Shown here piece after piece: positions 12,735 through 28,217 of a stretch of 64,000 nt of DNA; the stretch's first letter is position 1, and each line of letters starts with the position of its first letter. The DNA is from Phaeosaccion multiseriatum. Taxonomy: Eukaryota > Protista > Ochrophyta, other classes. The notes beneath the pieces are model-generated. The model saw only the letters and a list, made by a program, of their open reading frames with translations. It did not search any database and had not been told where the DNA came from. The position numbers and the translations under genes are program-made. Location of the stretch: NCBI GenBank assembly GCA_965112735.1, contig OZ218955.1, positions 1,116,001 to 1,180,000 of the forward strand. The letters are read 5' to 3'.

Positions 12735-13598
12735 CTACTGCTGCTTCCTTTGCTTCGTCGTCTGCGTCCTTTGCATCTGCGTGTGCCTGTGCCAGCCATT
12801 TGTGAGGAGAGTGCAAAGGAAGGGCACCCCAAACGCCACCACCACCGCAAGAAGCATCTTGTCTGCATGCGGAGACAGCAGCACTAGCGACAGACAGGTC
12901 AACGCCGGCAGGGCAGCCGAGAGAAAGAGAGAGAGAGAGAGAGAGGGGGGTAAGGATAGGCAGCAAGGGGCAACACGCAGCCCTTGAACGGAATACGGGA
13001 GGGTTTTGGAGTCACATCTTCCGAGAGAAAGAGAGGGGGGAGAGGGAGAGAGAGGGGGGGGGGGGGAGAGAGAGAAAGAGTTTCGAAATCAAGTACTGTA
13101 CAAGCTGAAACTGAAACTGAACCCATGCCCATCCATGCCCGTTCACGTGCTTTCCATTCCCACCCTTCGAACCTGCGATGGGAGCGGGGAGGTAGGCCGA
13201 CGAGCGCAGGCCGTAGTGGCCAGTCAGAGCCCCTTCATGGAGGGAGGGGGGATGGGGGGTTGTGTCAGCTGTGGTGACATCATAAGATGGTCGCCCTCAC
13301 TACATCCACACACTCCTAAACAACAACTTCAGCTTCAGCTTCAACTTCAACTTCAACTCACCCGAAGCAGCAGCCCCCACATAACCCCCCATATTGACCC
13401 ATATGCTCCTCTCCATGAAGGGCAAGCAGGCTTCCACGAAGTCCCCACAGAACAAATTGATGACGGCCCCTCGCTTAGCTAGAGAAGCGTCCCCTTGGTC
13501 TCCTTGACGGAGGGGGAGGAGCCACGTGGCGAGGCAAATGCCACCCCCGACCGCGCACAAAGCGCACAGATCGAGGGCCCCGTAGAACGAAGGCTTGC

Positions 13599-13642
<44 letters not shown>

Positions 13643-14782
13643 TGTGTGTGTGTGTATTGTGTGTATGTATGTGTGTGTACGGGGGGGGAGGGGCGGGGGA
13701 TTAGAGCTCTGTGTGTGTGTGAACCCTGCCCGCAGCTCCTCTCCTGTCACAGTACCTTGGTGGCAAAGAGCCCTACTGACATACTTACTAACGTACTTAC
13801 TTACTGACTTACGGACTGACTTACCTGGGCCATCTCAAGCAGGATGAGAGGGAAAAAGAGCCGATGATAGAGTCCCACCTTACTCCCATAACACATGCCG
13901 ACTCCCAGAAGGGCCCCCGCCATGGCAGGCCAATAGTAAGGCCAGCGCTCGTAGAGATTGGCGTGCCCGTCGTGGTGATTCCCGTCCTCTCCCTCCTCTC
14001 CGTCGCTGAAGATGGCAGTAGATGCAGAAGATGGTGTCAGGACTAGCACGGAGAGCAGCAGGCTTGAAGCTCTAGCCACTAAGGGAGAGATGACGTGACC
14101 AAACGTCGCCGCCATGACACCTGGGTATGGGTAGCAGACATACAGGTTAGGGGTAAGTCAAGAGATTATATAATGTTAGATACATGTATCAAACCAAAAG
14201 GAGAGTTCGTTGCATGTATTGTACTGACATACTGACTTACTGACTTACTGACGTACTGTCTTACTGACTTACCCGCAAGTCCTGTGCTGGTAATGGTGAG
14301 GGCAGTTGCGGGCAGCCTCAGTAGCCTCAAGCCCATCCCCGTGCAGCGAGAGAGAAGGTACCCTGCATATACGCCTGCCAGCAAGGAGCTTGCAGGGTTG
14401 GTGCAGGCTGCTCCTGCCATTACTCCTGAGAGGGAGAGAGAGAGAAAGAGCGAGAGAAGAGAGAGAGAGGGGGGAGAGAGCGAGAGAGGGAGGGAGAGAG
14501 AGAGCAAGAGAGAGAGCGAGAGAGCGAGAGAGAGAGGGAGAGAGAGCGAGAGAGAGCAAGTTGAGAGGCGTATGAGGAAGGGCAAGAGAATAGGTTAGAG
14601 GCATATGGGGAGGGGAAGGAGATGTGCATGGGCATTTAGGAGGAGGAGACGAGAAGAGGGGAACACATACACACACACGCATACAGACACAAACACCCGG
14701 CACACACACACGCACACACATACACAGACACGCCCACACACACACACACAGATAACGCACGCACACACACACGCACATACAC

Positions 14783-14824
<42 letters not shown>

Positions 14825-17162
14825 ACCCTAACCCACATACACACGTCTGTACACATGCCCGCACCTGCAACAATGCTGGAGTCCTTGAGCACAGAGCTCT
14901 GATGCGCTGCCACTGCCCCCACCACGGCAGGAAGGGACGACACTCCGATGGCGGCCACGTGGACGAGCGGGAGGGAGAGGCGGCGCAGCAGAGAGGCGAG
15001 GAAGGCCCACAGGAGAGCCTGCAAACCTCCTCCTGCTCCTGCTAGGATGGCAGCGGATGGGGGAAAGAGAGGGAGGAAGGGGATGGAGGGGGGGTGGGAG
15101 GGAGTGAGTGAGTGAGTGAGTGAGGGATTGGGGGCGGCATCACCTTGCTCCTTCCATCCCTCCTCTTCCTTGCCAAGAAGCACAAACAAAATGGCCACTG
15201 CCCACTCATTCACTCACACACTCACTCACTCACTCACTCTCTCTCCCTCTCTCTCCTTCCTTCCTTCCTCCCCCCCCCCCTCCCTTCCTGCCTACCCCCC
15301 TCCCACCTCCCTCCCTCCCTCTATACCTGCAGCATCGTCGACAAGGGAGCCCCTGGAGGCCCAAGACGCTGCCTGAGTCACTAAGTCAGTGAAGGTGCAG
15401 ACAAGCATAACCGCCATAAAGGCGGGGAAGACGCCTCCGAGGAGGGAGGTGAGGCTCGGGGAGGCCCCTCGTAACCTAAGAGGGGGGGTTAGAGAGAGGG
15501 GTAGAGAGGAAGAGGAGAAGGAGGGAGGGAGAGGGAGAGAGCGGGAGGGAGGGAGCGGGAGGGAGCGAGAAAGAGAGAGAGAGGAAGGGGAGAAGGAGGG
15601 TTAGAGAGAGAGGAGGAAGGAGAAAGAGAGCGGGCGGGGGGAACAAGGGCAATCGCAGCACTCAGCAGCATCGAAGGGAGAAAGGAAGCACTCAGCAGCA
15701 TCGAGGGGAGAAAGGAGAGTGCGAGTCACATCCAATGCGGCAGACCGCAGGGCGAGAAAACTCGAGAGACAGGAGGAGGATGAGGAGCAGGACGAGGAGC
15801 AGGATGGGGAGGAGGATGAGGATGAGGAGGAGGATGAGGAGGAGGAGGAGGGGGGGGGGGGAGGATGAGGATGAGGAGAAGGAGGAGCCGGAGGAGCAGG
15901 AGGGGGGGGAGGAGGAGGAGGACTGTTCCCTCGTTGACGTAAATTAATCAAACTTTACACACCTGGCCAGCGGGTCGTAGGGAGAGCCAAACTCCCGCGC
16001 TTGAACGAGAAGAGGAGGAGGAGGAGGAGGAGGAGGAGGAGGAGGAGGGTGGAGGGTGAGTGATACGGTACGTAAGACCAGGACCCCTCTCCCCCCTTCG
16101 TCCACCCCCTCACCCCTGCCCCCTCGCCCTCTCACCTAATCCATTCGCGAAGCAGACGGCTTTGCTCCTGTTGGTTGTACTGACCGAGCCCCCGCTGCTG
16201 CCCACCAGACGACCTCCCATGGCTGAGACTTGAGCGAGACTGCTCCCTCCTGAGCCCGTCATCGGACAGTCCGCCTTCGGATCGTCGGGGAGAGGGGACA
16301 AGAGAGGGGGGAAGGGGAGAGCGGGGAAAGGAGCAAGAGAGGGGGGAAAGGAGCAAGAGAGGGGGCCCGGAGACGGGTGAGAAGAGTTGCGACCCATCGA
16401 TCGAAGCGACTTCATTACTTGGAAGCTGGAATCAGTCGGCACACGCATACGCACACGCACGCACAAACACACACACACACACACACACATGCACACACCC
16501 GCACACGCACACACACACTCACGCTCACCTGGACGGCTGCCGCGATGCTCCGTGCGTTGGTGGCCAGGGGGTCGCAGGAGACGAGCACGAGGCCGCTCAC
16601 TTGGCCGCTTTCCAGGGCCGCAGCAAGGAGGGCATCAAGTCGCTCGGCCGCCTCGTTCACCTGCCCCAGCTGGGGATGCAATCCAGTGCCATCAAGTCCA
16701 GAATGGTGCGAGGGAGACAGCGAGAGGGGAGAGGGCGTTGGTTGGCATCGTCGCAGTGCTGCAGGAGTGTGGGGAGCGAGAACTGGCGGAATGCGATCTT
16801 ACCGTTCCTCTCTGCAGCATCTCAAAGCCGACTTCTTCGTCAGCATCCCCCTCTCCCGGCGTTGACCCGCCACCCGCCGCTGCTTGTCTTCTTCTCCCCC
16901 AGAGCTCAGCCGGGGACTCCGAAGTGGCATCATCTAAGGCGTGCACGCAATGAATGAAGATCACCGGTCCCAGCTTAAGCTTCGGCCCCTTCTTCTCCCC
17001 TTTTCCTCCTCCCGTGTGAATCAACTCATCCCCGATTGAATGCAGCAATGCCAGCGTGTCTTGCTGCCCAAGTGCTCCGCGCCCTCCACCGGAGCTTCCC
17101 ACGAGCCCAACCCGAACTGCCATGGTGTTCTGTTGCTCCTCGTCTCCCCCCTCGGCCGCCAT
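12735..17162 (-). CDS. Multi-pass membrane protein with a soluble N-terminal alpha/beta domain; resembles a bacterial 'PTS sugar transporter / EIIC-like' permease family
   Basis: About 11 exons: 17162-16803, 16669-16529, 16274-16136, 15999-15963, ~15475-15327, ~15042-14864, ~14425-14272, ~14120-13824, ~13598-13361, ~13220-13172, ~12883-12735. Translation: VRVGLVGSSGGG, VSGLVLVSCDPLATN, PMTGSGGSSLAQVSAMG..STTNRSKAV, then TM helices FPAFMAV, LPAVVGAVAA, GLYHRLFFPLILLEM, SFYGALD, INLFCGDFVEACLPFM, SAYLPAP, MLLAVVVAFGVPFLCTLLTN. The gene is well supported; the family call is from memory of the motifs. Confidence 0.6.
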
Positions 17163-17624
17163 CGTAGCTAATAAAAAGCGATGTTCATCAAGTACTCACA
17201 GATTTTTGGATAACCAATCGGCGCAGTCGCATGGTCACCGTTGACTATTTAAAATCTCCGTCTCGCCCCTCGTCCTCATCAGAATCAGGAAATTGGAACA
17301 AACTTAGAAAACTTAAGCATATGAGGTGATAGCCCTTTGCTGCTTTCAGCTGGTGAGACTACATATCGATGGCCGGTCTAGGAGGAGGAGGAGGGGGAGG
17401 AGGAGGGAGAGGAGGAGGAAGAGGAGGAGGAAGAGTGAGAGGAGGAGCAGCATTGGGCGCTTGTAGAATTCGTCTCTGCTCTTTCTTTCCTCGACATCTT
17501 ACGCTCTTCTCTGCCCCGTCTCCCCCTTATCACTGCTGCCTCTCCTGTTGCTGCTCACCCCCCTCCCCCCCCGCTCAATCACAGCCCCCCCCACTCGAAT
17601 AAGAATCACATCCAAGGAGCCAGG

Positions 17625-20600
17625 ATGAGGCCCCGAAGGAGGAGCACCACCACCGCAGCCATCACAGCCGCAGGCCTAGGTCTAATGTACCTATCCAAGG
17701 CCTCTGCCACAGCAGCGCTGCCGGACCACGGGCTCGACGCCTGCTGCGAGCCCCGATCATCAGAGGAAACCAAGTACCTCGAAATCAGCGGCAAGGAACT
17801 TCGATGCGATCCCAGCTGCTCCGACGCCGAGCCCTCTTACGGAGGCCGTCAATGCAACATGTTCGGCCTGGGCCAGAATTGCCGAGGCTGTTACACTACT
17901 GCTGGGAAGGAGAGCTACCTCCGCACGCAGCCAAGGCTTGGAGATGACTTCTTCAACCTCTGCGACGATTATGACTGTGGTGTATCACCATCTGGTGATG
18001 ATGGTGGTGAGGATGGTGGCGCCGCACCCACCCTCCCCCCCACCGTGAGCCCCACGGTGAGCCCGTTGCCGCCGGTGGAGACGGAGGCCCCTGCTGCTGC
18101 TGCTCCTGTCCAAGATGAGGGGGACGTGACGGTTACGGTGCAGGCGACAGATGCTCCGGCAGCAGGAGGAGGAGGAGGAGATCCTTTGGGCTCGTGCGAG
18201 TGTGATGTGACTGAGCTTCAGGAAGAGCACAGGCGACAGCTTGACTCGGCCGGGCAGGACATTACCTGCGACCAGGATTGCTCCGTCACTGGAGGCATGT
18301 AAGTGTTGATGTTTTTGTTTGTGGTGGTGGCGTATTCTTTTCAATTCTTTTGTTTTTTTATGTGAACTATTTCCCGCACTCCCCTCGTCTCTCGACACGC
18401 ATCTCTCTCTCCCACTCTTATACACCCCCCACCGACCGTCGGGTAACCGCCTCCACCTCTACTCCTGACCCCCCGACACAATATGGAAACTTACTCTCCC
18501 TCTCCCCCCCTCCCCCCCTCCTTCGCAGCGGCTGCAACATCTTCGGCTTGGGCCAACAGTGCCGCCTGTGCTATACCACAGACGGCGCCAAAGCGGCCAC
18601 GACCGACACAAGCAACAGCGACAACGGTGGAGCACCCAGGACATGCGACGACCTGTTCCTCTGCCCAGGCGCCGTGTGCTCATCCACTCCCCCACCGTCG
18701 TCCTCCCCAGATGCCGATTCGGCTGATTCCGCGGGCCCCGAGGGGTGTGACCGTTCCTTTATGACCCCGTCGGATCTGGGCGTCTTACGCACCACACAGA
18801 TGGACGTGTATGCAGATGAGAGATGCGTGGCGGACCCCCCGTTTCCCCTTGGAGGCTTGGGGTGTAACTCCTTTGGATTGGGGCAGGTCTGCAGGGGATG
18901 CTTCCTCGAGGGAGGTGAGTAAGGGAGGAAAGGGGAAGGGGTGAGGGAGGGAGTGGGTGGGGGATTTGAGTGAGGGTGCGTGCGCCAGTGACGAAGGGGA
19001 GGGGAGCGAGTGAATAGGTGGATTCGTTGGTGAGGCCGAGGGAGTGGAAAGATACTACTGTAGGAGCGATTTGATCCCTCTCCCCCCTCGCCTCACCCCA
19101 TCCGAACCCCCCGCTCCCCTCGATCCCCTGTCTACCCACCTACCTACCTACCTACTTATCTACCTACCTACCTGGTGTCAAGGTGCCGCTGCTTATCTTC
19201 AGGAAAGGCCTGACAAAGGCTGTGAAGACATCATCATGTGCCCCGGTGAGGTGTGCACCGCACCGGCTCTTCCCACCCCAGCACCGACAATCCCTCCGAC
19301 TCTCCCCCCCACCACGGCCCCGACTCAGGTAGGTTTATAGCCTCGCTCCCCCCCTCTCTTTCCCTCTCTCTCCCTCTCTCTCCCTCTCTCTCTTAGTCTT
19401 TCTTCCTTGATCCTTTCATCCATCTGTGCTTCCTGTCTGTCTGTCTGTCTGTCTGTCTGTCTGCCTCCCTCTCCTCTCCTCTCAATGTCCTCTCCTTTTT
19501 TTTCCTTTGCTCATACTCTCTGCGTTACGATCGTCCTTCTCAGCCTCCAACGGCAGCCCCAACGGCCGCCCCAACGGCAGCGCCGACAGCACCTCCGACA
19601 GCAGCCCCAACTGCGGTACGTGTCGATGAAGCTTGGCTCGGTACATCCCTGCCAAAGCAGCAGTCCCTGCCTACTTATTCGTAGCTGTTTGCTCATGTTC
19701 CCGCACCCCCTGCCGCTCTCTTACTCCTTCTTGCCCCCCCCCGCTCTTGCGCTGCTCTCTCCTCGACTCCTTTCTTCCCCTCAGGCACCAACAGCAGCTC
19801 CAACGGCAGCCCCAACAGCGGCACCAATAGCAGCACCAACAGCAGCACCAACAGCCACACCAACAGCAGCACCAACAGCAGCACCAACAGCAGCACCAAC
19901 AGCAGCTCCAACAGCAGCACCAACAGCAGCACCAACAGCCACACCAACAGCAGCACCAACGGCAGCACCAACAGCAGCACCAACAGCAGCTCCAACAGCA
20001 GCCCCAACAGCAGCTCCAACAGCAGCACCAACAGCAGCACCAACAGCAGCACCAACAGCAGCTCCAACAGCAGCACCAACAGCAGCACCAACAGCAGCAC
20101 CAACAGCAGCACCAACAGCAGCACCAACAGCAGCACCAACAGCAGCTCCAACAGCAGCACCAACAGCAGCACCAACAGCAGCACCAACAGCAGCACCAAC
20201 GGCAGCACCAACAGCAGCTCCAACAGCAGCTCCAACAGCAGCACCAACAGCAGCACCAACGGCAGCACCAACAGCAGCACCAACAGCAGCTCCAACAGCA
20301 GCACCAACAGCAGCTCCAACAGCAGCACCAACAGCAGCACCAACAGCAGCACCAACAGCAGCTCCAACAGCAGCTCCAACAGCAGCCCCAACAGCAGCTC
20401 CAACAGCCACACCAACAGCAGCACCAACAGCAGCTCCAACAGCAGCTCCAACGGCAGCACCAACCCCAGAGCCTTGCTGCGGAGAGTTGCGTCAGGCGGA
20501 CCTCGAACAGCTTGCCGCGGCAGGAAAGGACATCTTCTGCGACAAAGGCTGCACGTCGGGGAGCCCTACCTTCGGTGGACTGTGAGTTATATCGAAGGCA

Positions 20601-22616
20601 GGGGAGGAGGAGGGGCCATCGCTTTTGGACGAAGGGGTTAGCGTCACCTTCTCAACCGACCCTCCCGCGTCCCCCTCCTTACCGTCCTTCTCCTCTCCTG
20701 CTCCTCCTCTTCCTCCCTTCCCCCCTCCTCTTCCTCCTCCTCCCCTTCGCCTTGCCTGCCAGCGACTGCAACATCTTTGGATTGGGCGCAAATTGCCGAT
20801 CGTGCTTCACCACGGAAGGCGCCGCCGCCTCCCTGGAGGAGACACCTTCCCAACCCGCTGACGGCCTCATCATGTGCCCCGGACAGCCCATGCCAACGCC
20901 CCCCCCTACCGTCGCGCCCACAGTGGTGAGTCTAGGCGGAAGCAGTGGAAAGGGCCCTTACCCCCTCTCCTCCACCTCCTCTTCCGCCTCCTCCTCCTTG
21001 CCCTTGACCTAAGCATTTTTGTTCACTGCGCTGTTCCTTCGAGTCCTGTGCACGTCTTCGCCCATCACCTCTTGCGCTGCTCTCTCCTCGTCTCCTTTCT
21101 TCCCCTCAGGCACCAACAGCAGCACCAACAGCAGCCCCAACAGCGGCACCAACAGCCACACCAACATCAGCACCAACAGCAGCACCAACAGCAGCACCAA
21201 CAGCAGCACCAACAGCAGCACCAACAGCAGCCCCAACAGCGGCACCAACAGCAGCACCAACAGCAGCTCCAACAGCGGCTCCAACAGCAGCCCCAACAGC
21301 GGCACCAACAGCAGCACCAACAGCAGCTCCAACAGCGGCTCCAACAGCAGCACCAACAGCAGCACCAACAGCAGCACCAACAGCAGCCCCAACAGCGGCA
21401 CCAACAGCCACACCAACATCAGCTCCAACAGCAGCTCCAACAGCAGCTCCAACGGCAGCACCAACCCCAGAGCCTTGCTGCGGAGAGTTGCGTCAGGCGG
21501 ACCTCGAACAGCTTGCCGCGGCAGGAAAGGACATCTTCTGCGACGAAGGCTGCACGTCGGGGAGCCCCACCTTCGGTGGACTGTGAGTTATATCGAAGGC
21601 AGGGGAGGAGGAGGGGCCATCGCGTTTGGACGAAGGTGTTAGCGTCACCTTCTCAACCGACCCTCCCGCGTCCCCCTCCTTACCGTCCTTCTCCTCTCCT
21701 GCTCCTGCTCCTCCTCTTCCTCCCTTCCCCCCTCCTCTTCCTCCTCCTCCCCTTCGCCTTGCCTGCCAGCGACTGCAACATCTTTGGATTGGGCGCAAAC
21801 TGCCGATCGTGCTTCACCACGGAAGGCGCCGCCGCCTCCCTGGAGGAGACACCTTCCCAACCCGCTGACGGACTCATCATGTGCCCCGGACAGCCCATGC
21901 CAACGCCCCCCCCTACCGTCGCGCCCACAGTGGTGAGTCTAGGCGGAAGTAGTGGAAAGGGCCCTTAACCCCTCTCCTCCTGCTCCTCCGCCTCCTCCTC
22001 CTTGCCCTTGACCTAAGCATTTTTGTTCACTGCGCTGTTTCTTCGAGTCCTGTGCACGTCTTCGCCCATCAGCTCTTGCGCTTGCTTCCCTCTCTGCTTC
22101 CTCCAACCCTCCAACCCAGCCCCTCTTCTTGGCCCTGTTGTCTTGTCTGTGACAATCCCGTTCCCTCTCAACCGTGCATTGGCGTTTCGCTCTGTAGTCT
22201 TGTTCGAGGCGTGTCCTTTCCCTTTTCCCTCCCGTACCCCTTCGCCTCTGTTGGCTTGTAACCAACTTACAAGCTGCTTGTAAACCGTCCTTATGTCACC
22301 TTACGTAACTCTTTCTTGTCCCCCCTTGTCAGGCCCCCACACCCCCGCCCACGGAGCCGTGCTGTGGCGAGCCTTCTGTCTCACAGGCATCATGTAAGTG
22401 AGGGTAGGGCAGGGTAGGGCAGGGTATGGCAACAGATTTTATGAACGAATTGCATGACTAGTGTGTTTTCTTCTTTCATCGCTGTGGCGTCTTCCGCCGT
22501 TTCATCCGCGCTTTGTGGGTGCGTGCTATTCTGGCTTTGGTTCGCGTCTCTCACCTTCTCCCCCCTGACTCTTCCTTGCCCTTGGGTTTCTTCTCCCTCC
22601 CCCCCTCCCCCCCCCT

Positions 22617-22652
<36 letters not shown>

Positions 22653-24438
22653 GACCTGAGCAACAACTGTAAGGCCGTCCTATGTAACCCCACCTGCCTC
22701 ACTGCGTCCCTCCCGGGCTGTGGGTGGGGCACTTTGGGCGGCGGCTGTCAGCTTATCGAGGATCCAGACAACACATCATGCGTCTCAGACAGAGACGTCA
22801 ACTTCAATGCTTCTACGGACATCTATTCAGACTTACAAGATACAGGCGTCGTATCTTCGGCACCAACGGGAGCACCTGTCGAGCTCGAGATTGAGACCGA
22901 TCCGGAGATTGACTTCGACACCAATATCGAGCCCGAGATTGAGACTGCCTTGCCAACCTCGGCACCAACGGGAGCACCTGTCGAGCCCGACATCGAGACC
23001 GATCCGGAGACTGACTCCGACACCATTATCGACACCAGTTTCGAGCCCGAGATTGAGACTGCCTTGCCAACCTCGGCACCAACGGGAGCACCTGTCGAAC
23101 CCGACATAGAGACCGATCCGGAGACTGACGTCGACACCAGTTTCGAGCCCGAGATTGAGACTGACTTCCCAACCTCGGCACCCACGGTTATACCCACGGT
23201 TATACCAGCATCAACAGCTGAGACAGACCCCGGGATAGGCGCAGAGTTCCCTTCATTCGCACCGACGGCAGCACCTGCTCCGGTGCCCACACGTCCGGAA
23301 CCATACGGGCCGATACGAAGCGGGCCAGTGACCATAGCAACAGAAGGAGAAGAAGCTGATTCGGACGCGCAGCCGTTGCTACAGGGTGGATGTGCTACTG
23401 CGCAAGACTGCTACAGTGTAACCAGCCTGGAGGACAGGAACTGTAAGTGGCGAAGTGGCGAAGGACTGTTTGATCGTCCGACTCACTGACTGCCTGCCTT
23501 ACTAACAGACTGACTGACTGACTGACCAACTGACTGACTGGGCCGACGGAGACTGATGGCGTTGAGGCCCCTCGGGTTGAGATTGGTGCTGTTGGACGAC
23601 TCACTTGCCAGGCTACTTTCTGTACATGTAGTTCTCACCTCCTCTGTCTCCCTCTGCCCCCACCCCCCCTCCCTCCCTCCCTCCCTGTTCAGACCTGGGC
23701 ACCCGCCGCAAGAAGCTTGAGTGCGATCACTCATGCTCGACTGACCCGAATGCTGCGGCGAATGGTTGTGGAGCCTTCGGAGGCAGCGATTGCAGAATCT
23801 GCTTCACAGCCGCCGGAGGTGAGAGAGGGAGGAGGAGTGCAAGTAGAGGCATATGGGGGGGGGCAGAGGGAGAGTGGGGGCTGATGGAGAGGGGAAGGGA
23901 GGGATCTGACAGACTGCGCAGAGAGCCGGACACGCGGTGGTCTCTCTCTCTCTCTCTCCCTCCCTCCCTCCCTCCCTCCCTCTCACTCTCTTTCGATTGA
24001 TCTCCCTCTCGCCTCTTCGATCTTTCGCCTTCTTTTCTTTCTACGATGGACCCCTCGAACCATGATGGCAAACACCCCCCCCCCCCACCACCACCACCAC
24101 CACCCCGTCACCCTCACGCCCCCCTCCCTCTTCCCACCCCCTCCTCCCTCCCCCTGGCGCCCGCAGCCCGTCAGCTCTTGTCCGAATCCACCTCTTCAAC
24201 ATCCTGCTCCAGCGTCAACATGTGTCAGGGGGAACCCTCCTGTGAAGCCTCTACCGCCAATCTCAAGCCCGTCTCCGCCGTCGGAGTGTCTGAGGGCGAC
24301 GAAGACGGCATCTCTGGGAGCCGTTCCGTGTCAGGTGGGGCGGCGGCGGGAATCGCGGTGGCGGCGGGTGTGGTGGTGGCAGCTGGCGTGTTTGTGCGCA
24401 AGTCGACGACGTCCACCGCTGCTGCTGGGGCTGCTTGA
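17625..24438 (+). CDS. Large type-I cell-surface protein: signal peptide, about 6-7 Cys-rich domains, (APTA)n mucin stalks, acidic repeats, C-terminal TM helix
   Basis: N-terminal hydrophobic segment (AAITAAGLGLMYLSKASATAALP). Repeated motif D..C..GG.xCN.FGLG.xCR.C. Pro/Thr/Ala linkers. C-terminal GAAAGIAVAAGVVVAAGVFV-RK. Multiple GT-AG introns, e.g. 18299-18528. Confidence 0.8.
19740..22075 (+). repeat. Intragenic tandem duplication of an exon+intron module (~19740-21070 and ~21071-22075)
   Basis: 20461-21065 and 21462-22070 are near-identical, introns included. Confidence 0.9.
19787..20460 (+). repeat. Coding 12-bp minisatellite (GCACCAACAGCA)n = (APTA)n, about 56 units
   Basis: Directly visible; a second array of about 29 units lies at 21110-21461. 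Confidence 0.95.
22857..23185 (+). repeat. Three ~102-114 bp coding repeats (SAPTGAPVEPDIETDPE..EPEIETA/D)
   Basis: tcggcaccaacgggagcacctgtcga recurs at about 22857, 22959 and 23073. Confidence 0.9.
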
Positions 24439-24788
24439 GGGACGTAGGGTGGTACAATGGTAGGACATTAAGCTCCCACAGGTGGTGGTACGACAGGGGA
24501 GTTACAGTTACAAGCAGCTGCGTGTATCAGTTGTGTCGTTTCGTTTTTCTTCTATGTTCTTGTTTGTTTTCGAGACGAAGGGAGGGAGTACAGGTTTGTT
24601 TTGGCCAAGTGAGGGCCTATACTTTATTAGCGCTGCTAGCAGTAGTAGTGGCGCAAGTAGTAGCAGCAGGAGGAGGAGGAGGAGTATTGCAAGTAGAAGC
24701 AAGTGCTAGCCCCACCACTCAGTTGTGGTGGCAGCGCCCCCGCGAGCCGCTTCCGTGTACACATTCAAGAGTGTGTGTTATCACGTCT

Positions 24789-24827
<39 letters not shown>

Positions 24828-25181
24828 TATATATTATATATATACAATTACAAATCAATCCATCTACCCATCTATCTCACCATACTTAGAACAAGCTCAT
24901 TGAAGGTGGCTGGGCAGAGTGTAAAGAGACGACCCCCCGGCCCCTACCGAAACTGAAACTATGGCCACTCCTTGGGCCAGGCTGCGGCAGCCGCAGCATC
25001 CTTTGCCCAGGCAACAATCGCAGCAGCAGAAGGAGGAGAAGCAAGACTGGTGGTGGATGAAGGGCGTATCACCACTACTCGTAGTCGCCGTCAGTCGTGG
25101 TGACGGTGCGGCAAGAGTGGCAATGGGAGGAAGTGGAACAGTGGCGGGCTGAGCACTACCACTAGAACCTCTAGCCGCACA

Positions 25182-28217
<3,036 letters not shown>

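Noticed and set aside
15658-15718. 30-bp direct duplication gcactcagcagcatcga.gggagaaagga
   Set aside because: Two adjacent copies in an intron with nothing between them, so a local tandem duplication rather than a target-site duplication.
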